Source of the DNA: a bacterium
GTDB lineage: Bacteria; Verrucomicrobiota; Lentisphaeria; Victivallales; GWF2-38-69
NCBI GenBank assembly: GCA_021781705.1
Contig: JAJXWI010000003.1
Coordinates: forward strand, 2,919 to 66,918
DNA length: 64,000 nt
Direction: 5' to 3'
In this document: in pieces, positions 58,247 to 64,000 of the stretch
Layout of the letters: each line of letters opens with the position of its first letter
Numbering within the stretch: the stretch's first letter is position 1
The notes under the pieces: model-generated
The model's database searches: none
Told to the model about the DNA's origin: nothing
What the model saw: the letters and a program-made list of their open reading frames with translations, nothing else
Position numbers and translations under genes: made by a program

Positions 58247-59836
58247 TCAAGAGGCACCTATACTGTTCAGGTCATAAACTTCAAAATAGTACCTCAGTTT
58301 ATTCCTCTTGCTGTAATCTGTCTGATGCAATGGCCAGCTAATTTCTACATTAACACCTACGCCAACAGTTTTCTCGCTTGTACTAGTTGTTGTTGCACCA
58401 GAAGGAGGCGTAACCGGAGTTCCACCATCAACCGTTACATTTCCATTAGATCCTTCAAGCATTTGAATGTACCAATTCCCGATCCCTCCAGAGGAACCGG
58501 CCTTCCATAGTTTAATTTTCAAAGAACCATTTGACGCGGCATTCATAACTACATTTTTTCCATCAATCAATACATTTTCGCCATTCAGTGCAAGATTAGC
58601 TTCATCTCCACTTTTAGTTCTCAAAACTAAGCTATTTGCAGAATAAGTTCCGGCAGTACTATCACTATTCTTTTTTAAGTCATCTCTTGTAAGATGTGTT
58701 CCATCGGACTTTGTCATATCAAAAGCATAATCACTATTAGTAGGATTTATACCTATTCCGCTTTCGCTTGTTTTAAGAGCACTAGTATCTGTTGGTGCAA
58801 GTGTGGCAACGAGAACAAGATCCTGCATATCATATGCCGAACTTTTTTTATCTTTTGTATAAAGTTCAAAGCCATAAATAACCTGATTATCCGCAAGTTT
58901 GATTTTTCCATCATTAGTTACGTAGTCCTTAACTACTGTTGAAAGGGGTAACTGCGTTCCATACGCATCTATAGTAGGAACAGGATCTCCATTTTTAAGA
59001 ACCCACACCTGATTGCTATCTGTTGATAAAACAGTTCCAGGATTATATTTGCCTTTCTTGTCTGTGTCATACTGGTCAGACTTAGCGCTGACTACAATAC
59101 TTGTTCCAACTGGAGCATTTTCTCCTGAAGGAGTCCAATTATACGAAGACTGAGTAAGAGGACCTGGAGGATTTGCAATAAATGCGGTCCCGTCGGGTTT
59201 TGTAAGAGGAGTTCCGTCAATTTTTGTAGCAGTTACACTGACAGTAACGTTGGGATTGGCTGGCTGCATATATACACCAAGACACTTAAAAGACACATTA
59301 ACCGGCGCAGTATTAGATACGGTTCCGCTTGAAATATTAAACTTAGGCGTTTCAGGAACCGGCGGCGGTTTATAAGCAATCACTTTTTCGTCTTGGCTAT
59401 ACGGTTTGCCCTGCCATATCAGTACTTGAGCGGAATAGTCCTGATCGCTTCTTGATGAAGTGCCTTTGGCTACTACGTAAACACCTTTGTTAGAGGTTGA
59501 ATACATATTATCTCTTCCAGAAATCTTATTTTCCAAGGCAGGCATCGCACTTACAATAAAACTAGGCGTATCAGAACCGTTTAGAAAAATCTTATCTCTT
59601 GAGGGTAATCCAATAATTCCTTTATCATCCCATAAGGCAGAATCTTTTGCCAGACTGGAAATATACGCATAAACATCATCGGCAAAAATCGCTGAATAAT
59701 TTTGCCCCATAGAATCTTTAGCTTGCTTCATTCCCACTGGGAAAAGCGTAATCACCGTGACCGCTCCGACAGCAAGTATACCAATTGCTAACGCGACCTC
59801 CACCATTGAGAACCATTTTTTCATAATCGTTTTCAT
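58247..59836 (-). CDS. Large pseudopilin-like protein (529 aa) with prepilin-type N-terminus
   Basis: GGGAGGTG RBS; MKTIMKKW-FSMVEVALAIGILAVGAVTVITLFPVG; Thr/Ser/Asn/Gly-rich beta-type remainder. Confidence 0.65.
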   Translation of the reverse strand: MKTIMKKWFSMVEVALAIGILAVGAVTVITLFPVGMKQAKDSMGQNYSAIFADDVYAYISSLAKDSALWDDKGIIGLPSRDKIFLNGSDTPSFIVSAMPALENKISGRDNMYSTSNKGVYVVAKGTSSRSDQDYSAQVLIWQGKPYSQDEKVIAYKPPPVPETPKFNISSGTVSNTAPVNVSFKCLGVYMQPANPNVTVSVTATKIDGTPLTKPDGTAFIANPPGPLTQSSYNWTPSGENAPVGTSIVVSAKSDQYDTDKKGKYNPGTVLSTDSNQVWVLKNGDPVPTIDAYGTQLPLSTVVKDYVTNDGKIKLADNQVIYGFELYTKDKKSSAYDMQDLVLVATLAPTDTSALKTSESGIGINPTNSDYAFDMTKSDGTHLTRDDLKKNSDSTAGTYSANSLVLRTKSGDEANLALNGENVLIDGKNVVMNAASNGSLKIKLWKAGSSGGIGNWYIQMLEGSNGNVTVDGGTPVTPPSGATTTSTSEKTVGVGVNVEISWPLHQTDYSKRNKLRYYFEVYDLNSIGAS

Positions 59837-60012
59837 TTCACACCTCCCGACCCCCTGTAGGTCATTTATAAATTAACAGTTTACGGAACCTCATTTTCGC
59901 CTCTTTTCTTCTTCTTTCCTACAATCTAATTATAACCATATCAATGAATAAATAAACAATGGGAAAGCGATTATGGGACAAAAATAACGATAAATATTTA
60001 ACTTCCTAATAA

Positions 60013-60050
60013 GTAGTTCGTGGTGGCATGGCTAAAGGAATCGCCCTACC
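60013..60050 (-). repeat. Heptamer-like tract + module H (ggctaaaggaatcgCCCTACC)
   Basis: Reverse complement GGTAGGGCGATTCCTTTAGCC matches 62249-62268 and 124-144. Confidence 0.65.
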
Positions 60051-60183
60051 AATAAGGCATAAATATTCACTACCATTTTTGATTTAAAATAATTATATAA
60101 CTTGTTTACATACAATAGATTGACTTGAATTGGCGCCATGTTATTGTTGTTTTTACGTAAACTATGACCAATACTCACACAGA

Positions 60184-60238
60184 GAAGGGAAGAGATTCAT
60201 TCTTTGTGTCGTTGTGCTTCCGTGTGAGAAAATTAAGC
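60184..60238. repeat. Module X long hairpin (CTCACACAGAGAA...TTCTTTGTGT...GTGTGAG)
   Basis: Self-complementary; its reverse complement matches 53973-54024 (ttctcacacgga.gcacaacg..acaaaga). Confidence 0.6.
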
Positions 60239-60321
60239 GCCGCATTTAACACCCTTCACTGAACTCTTACCGCTTCGACGGGCGGGGCTGAACGTATGCG
60301 GACGCAACGGTCTTGCTAAAA

Positions 60322-60471
60322 CTAAAAGTGTCGCCGCTCCCTGCATGGGGGCTTGATCTTTATGTGATAAAGTTTTCCACGGGCTCACGCCCGTGGCTAG
60401 AATATAAATATAATAGACACGTTAGCCATGGGCGTGAGCCCGTGGAATAGAAAAAAGAGACATTTTTATTA
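60322..60471 (-). repeat. Partial composite repeat (modules B + double A hairpin), inverted relative to copy b
   Basis: Reverse complement is almost base-for-base identical to 54106-54253. Confidence 0.85.
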
Positions 60472-60512
60472 AATGTCTTGTTTATTTACATGCAAAATAT
60501 ATTTTTATCTAT

Positions 60513-60554
60513 CCCAAAACCCAAAACCCAAAACCCAAAACTTAAAACTTAACA
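60513..60554 (+). repeat. 7-bp tandem repeat (CCCAAAA)x4 followed by CTTAAAA and CTTAACA
   Basis: Read directly; ends 10 nt before the 60565 ATG. Confidence 0.9.
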
Positions 60555-60564
60555 CTAGAGACCC

Positions 60565-61884
60565 ATGAGCATCTTCAAATCTTATGATATTCGGGGGATA
60601 TATCCCTCACAGATAAACGAGGAAATCGTTGAAAAAATAGGCAGAGCTTTTGCTACTTACTTGAGTGCGAAGGAAATCGTTATCGGATACGATATGCGTA
60701 CGCATTCGAAGTCAATTTTCAAAGCTCTGGCAAAGGGTATCGTCTCAACCGGTGCGAATGTTATAAATATCGGGTTATGTTCAACGCCCATGATATATTT
60801 TGCAAACGGCACGCTTAAACCCGATGGGAGCATAATGATTACTGCTTCGCATAATACCGGAGAATGGAACGGCTTGAAGCTTTGTCGCGACAAAGCTATC
60901 CCAATAAGCGGAAAAACAGGCATTAAAGAGATAGAAAAAATTGTTTTTTCCGGGGTATGGAAAACTTCGAAAACAAAAGGTGTAGTTAAAGAACATGATA
61001 TCAGCGAAGCTTATGCGAAACATATAAGGAGTTTTTCAAAATTAACAAGAAAGCTCAAGGTAGTTGTTGACTTTGGGAACGCTGTTGGATCCATAGAGAT
61101 TAAAGGAATCAGAGATCTATTTGAAATAATTCCATTATACGAAGAACTTGATGGTACCTTTCCGAATCACGAAGCCAATCCTCTCGTTACTGAAACACTG
61201 CATGAATTGTGTCGGAAAGTAAAGGAAACAGGGGCTGATTTCGGGGCAGGTTTTGACGGGGACGCTGACCGTTGCGGGTTTGTAGACGACAATGGCGAAA
61301 TTATCCCGATGGACCTTTTTACTGCCCTTATAGCGGAAGATATTCTCAAGGGCGGGCCGCAAACTATTTTGTACGACCTTAGAAGCAGCAGGGTGGTTAA
61401 GGAATCTATTGAAGCTAATGGAGGTAGGGCCGTGATGTGCAGAGTGGGGCACTCATTTATAAAAGCCCAAATGAGAGAAACGAATGCCGCATTTGCCGGA
61501 GAACTTTCGGGCCATTACTATTTTAGAGAGAACTTTACGGCGGAGTCACAGGCTCTCGCTTTCCTTAAATTTGCCAATTTTATATGCGAAACTGGAAAAA
61601 CTGCATCAGAATTGCTTAGGCCATTAAGAAAATATTATGCTACCGGTGAAATAAACTCTGAAGTCAAGGATGTAAAAAGTGTTCTGAATAAAATCAGGCA
61701 AAAATATTCTGACGGAAAAATAGTGGAGCTTGATGGACTTACCGTGGAATACGATGATTGGTGGTTTAATGTGCGTAGTTCAAATACTGAACCACTGCTG
61801 AGGCTCAATCTTGAAGCATCAACAAAAGCCGACATGGAACAGAAACGCAATGAACTGCTTGCGGTGATAAGGGAAGAGGGGTGA
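60565..61884 (+). CDS. Phosphomannomutase/phosphoglucomutase
   Basis: SYDIRG start, phosphoserine loop TASHNTGEWNG, metal loop GFDGDADR, GELSGH sugar-binding loop. Confidence 0.9.
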   Translation: MSIFKSYDIRGIYPSQINEEIVEKIGRAFATYLSAKEIVIGYDMRTHSKSIFKALAKGIVSTGANVINIGLCSTPMIYFANGTLKPDGSIMITASHNTGEWNGLKLCRDKAIPISGKTGIKEIEKIVFSGVWKTSKTKGVVKEHDISEAYAKHIRSFSKLTRKLKVVVDFGNAVGSIEIKGIRDLFEIIPLYEELDGTFPNHEANPLVTETLHELCRKVKETGADFGAGFDGDADRCGFVDDNGEIIPMDLFTALIAEDILKGGPQTILYDLRSSRVVKESIEANGGRAVMCRVGHSFIKAQMRETNAAFAGELSGHYYFRENFTAESQALAFLKFANFICETGKTASELLRPLRKYYATGEINSEVKDVKSVLNKIRQKYSDGKIVELDGLTVEYDDWWFNVRSSNTEPLLRLNLEASTKADMEQKRNELLAVIREEG

Positions 61885-61966
61885 GTAGTTGATGGTTGAT
61901 AATTGATGGCGGGCTGTACGAGTTAACTAAACCATGTGCCAGCAGGGACATAGGTCGATCCATCGA

Positions 61967-62078
61967 GTGGAGGGACGAGCTTCGTCTCGTCCGCCTTTCT
62001 TTTCGGCCCCGACGACATTTCTAACACGCATGGTAAAAGCGGAACCCTCCACTTAAGTCATAATTTGCGTATGGTTTG
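61967..62078 (+). repeat. Repeat module I, copy 2 (second hairpin disrupted by extra sequence)
   Basis: GTGGAGGGACGAGCTTCGTCTCGTCCGCC...GGAACCCTCCAC...gcgtatggtttg aligns with 49308-49410. Confidence 0.75.
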
Positions 62079-62369
62079 TAGTTCGTGGCGGCTTGGGTAG
62101 GGACAGATCGCCGAGCTGTCCGATAATATTGGTGCACCAGTGCACCAGTTGGCGGGTAAGAATTCAGATAAAGATGTTACCAACCTCAAAACGGCTGATT
62201 TCTTTTTTTAGTATTTTGCGGTTCGTGGTTCATGGATCGTGGATCGTGGGTAGGGCGATTCCTTTAGCCTTGCTAAAACTCAAAGCGTCGCCACTCCCTG
62301 CATGAGGGCTTGATTTTTACGTTATAATCTTTTCCACGGGCTTACGCCCGTGGCTAGAATATAAATATA
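62079..62369 (-). repeat. Composite intergenic repeat, copy c (reverse orientation) with a nested ~48-bp insertion
   Basis: Equals the reverse complement of copy b. The exception is 62221-62268, where a heptamer tract + GGTAGGG + module H replaces ~10 bp. Confidence 0.85.
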
Positions 62370-62390
62370 AACTTATTAGCTGGCTCTTTG

Positions 62391-63806
62391 CTATTCCTTG
62401 TACTCGTTAAAGAACGTTTCACCGGCATCGACTGCGCGCTGATTAACTTCCACATATTTTTTATTCTTGATGGATAAAGGAAGAACTTCCTTCAACACAT
62501 CGACAGGGAATACGCCTGTTAGTTTAGCATAAAATGCTAGGATAATGACTGCCGCAGCTGCCGTAAGTCCGAGATTATTGGCCATTTCGGTAGCGGGTAC
62601 GTAATACGCTTTAACATCTTTTCTTGTTACTTTCTTTGGTACGATAGAGGAGTTTACGATAATTATGCCTCCTTTTTCAACGTCATTTTCGAAAGTTTCA
62701 AGAGAAGGCGCATTCATTGCGATAAGAACATCGGGTTTGTCTACTACCGGCGAACCAATCGTTTCATCGGATATTACGATGCTTGCGTAAGCTGTTCCTC
62801 CGCGCATTTCTGCTCCGTATGATGGAAGCCAGGTAGTATTAAATTCAGCGGTTTTTCCGCAGTTTGCAAGCAGTACGCCCACGGACATTATTCCCTGCCC
62901 GCCGAATCCTGCTATTTTTACTTTGTGCTCGCCTATTTTCTTCAACTGTTTTTGAGCCTTTTTTTCGTTTGCCGCAGATACTTCAAGCAGCTCAAAAAGT
63001 TCTTTATCATCCAGGAATGGGAATCTGCCATGACTTTTTATTCCGGTATCAACATCTCTGAAATTCTTTACTTCATAAAATTTTTCAAGATTTTCAATAA
63101 GCCACTTCCTGGAATCTATCGCGTTCATTTTCCAGTTTATCGGACAAGGCGAAAGTATTTCAACGAACGAGAATCCCTTCCTGTTTTTCTGGTTAGAAAT
63201 AGCTTTTTTTATGGCTTTCCTGGTCTTTAAGGTACTTGTTGCATTGCCTACGGAGCACCTTTCGATAAATACAGGAGCTGTGAGAGTATTCAAAAGTTCA
63301 CTCATCCTGATAGGATATCCATCTCTTGTGGCATCTCTGCCGAAAGGAGTTGTTTTTGTTTCCTGGCCTATCAGAGTGGTGGGGGCCATCTGGCCTCCGG
63401 TCATTCCATATATTGCATTGTTAACGAAGAATACTGCAATATTTTCGCCTCTATTAGCGGCGTGTACGATTTCCGCCATGCCTATTCCCGCCAGGTCTCC
63501 ATCTCCCTGATATGATATTACAATTGAATCATCAAGGGTTCTTTTTATCCCGGTGGCTACGGCCGGAGCTCTTCCATGCGGACACTGTACATGTCCCGTA
63601 TCAAAATAATAATGGAGGAATGTGGTGCATCCTACCGGATTGCAAAATATTACCTGGTCCTTAATTCCCATCTCGTCAATGGCTTCAGCTATAAGCTTGT
63701 GAACTGTGCCATGCCCGCATCCTGGACAGTAATGGGTTGTTTTCTGCCCTGGTCCTTTCCTTGTGAAAGTATCGTAAAAGGCATTTGGCTTTGTATGTTT
63801 GATCAT
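62391..63806 (-). CDS. 2-oxoacid:ferredoxin oxidoreductase, fused beta (TPP-binding) and gamma subunits
   Basis: N-terminal CPGCGHG and TPP motif GDGDLAGIG. The C-terminal ~190 aa (KIAGFGGQGIMSVG...EMRGG) is the gamma-subunit domain. Confidence 0.85.
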   Translation of the reverse strand: MIKHTKPNAFYDTFTRKGPGQKTTHYCPGCGHGTVHKLIAEAIDEMGIKDQVIFCNPVGCTTFLHYYFDTGHVQCPHGRAPAVATGIKRTLDDSIVISYQGDGDLAGIGMAEIVHAANRGENIAVFFVNNAIYGMTGGQMAPTTLIGQETKTTPFGRDATRDGYPIRMSELLNTLTAPVFIERCSVGNATSTLKTRKAIKKAISNQKNRKGFSFVEILSPCPINWKMNAIDSRKWLIENLEKFYEVKNFRDVDTGIKSHGRFPFLDDKELFELLEVSAANEKKAQKQLKKIGEHKVKIAGFGGQGIMSVGVLLANCGKTAEFNTTWLPSYGAEMRGGTAYASIVISDETIGSPVVDKPDVLIAMNAPSLETFENDVEKGGIIIVNSSIVPKKVTRKDVKAYYVPATEMANNLGLTAAAAVIILAFYAKLTGVFPVDVLKEVLPLSIKNKKYVEVNQRAVDAGETFFNEYKE

Positions 63807-63821
63807 AGTAATTCCGCCTTT

Positions 63822-64000
63822 CTATATTGTTTTTTTAATTTTATCTACCAGTTCCGTAACTGATGGAACAACTCCGCCGTACCACCCTAACCTCTTTACG
63901 GGAACCGAACACTGTACTGCAAGTTCTATATCATCTGCCATTTGTCCTTCGTTCAACTCTACAGAAATGATAGACTTGAGACTTTTCGAAATTTCAAGGA
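63822..64000 (-). CDS. 2-oxoacid:ferredoxin oxidoreductase alpha subunit, C-terminal fragment (runs off the window)
   Basis: Minus-frame translation LEISKSLKSIISVELNEGQMADDIELAVQCSVPVKRLGWYGGVVPSVTELVDKIKKTI*; stop lies 15 nt before the beta/gamma start. Confidence 0.7.
   Translation of the reverse strand, partial: LEISKSLKSIISVELNEGQMADDIELAVQCSVPVKRLGWYGGVVPSVTELVDKIKKTI

Noticed and set aside
58177-58257. N-terminal 27-codon extension (GTG start at 58257) of the GspK-like ORF, overlapping the upstream gene
   Set aside because: The extension is encoded by the terminator hairpin and its T-run. The Met at 58176 gives a canonical short leader before the hydrophobic helix.
49203-62390. Possibility that the recurring hairpins form a CRISPR array
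   Set aside because: Copies are not regularly spaced, occur in both orientations, are separated by whole genes, and differ in module content. No cas genes are present.

Overview
This is a visibly AT-rich chromosomal segment from a diderm, probably anaerobic bacterium. I cannot name the lineage from sequence alone. About 50 genes are supportable. The housekeeping backbone includes:
- murJ, the pdaD-speB polyamine pair, transaldolase, dapB, clpB and glmS
- the cdsA-uppS-gmhA envelope block and dnaN-recF (no dnaA upstream)
- an Aas-like acyltransferase/acyl-ACP synthetase, arnB, class I aldolase fbaB and a phosphomannomutase
- a ferredoxin-dependent 2-oxoacid oxidoreductase
- tRNA-Leu(UAG) and a CAU-anticodon tRNA

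Four things stand out.
1. An operon at 54.4-59.8 kb encodes three unusually large type II secretion/type IV pilus minor-pseudopilin-like proteins. Two have non-canonical prepilin junctions. The operon also carries an internal intrinsic terminator and an embedded REP-like hairpin.
2. A mosaic family of intergenic repeats fills nearly every spacer from 49.2 to 62.4 kb. Its units are GGTAGGG or GTGGAGGG cores followed by palindromes, 7-bp tandem tracts, and a ~270-bp composite unit. These repeats bracket fbaB, the pseudopilin operon and the phosphomannomutase gene.
3. Three secreted, effector-like orphan proteins are present. One has a eukaryote-type MYND zinc finger. One is Tiki/ChaN/EreA-like and has its signal peptide out of frame across a homopolymer. 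One is an 810-aa internally duplicated Cys-rich protein.
4. A sigma-54 enhancer-binding protein with a degenerate receiver domain lies divergent from a good sigma-54 promoter that drives a GNAT/ATP-grasp pair.

A GC-rich ~0.4-kb island at 9.9-10.3 kb looks like an unclassified structured RNA. No CRISPR array, rRNA, transposase or integrase was seen. All calls come from reading the sequence and the ORF track and from remembered family signatures. No database search was run.
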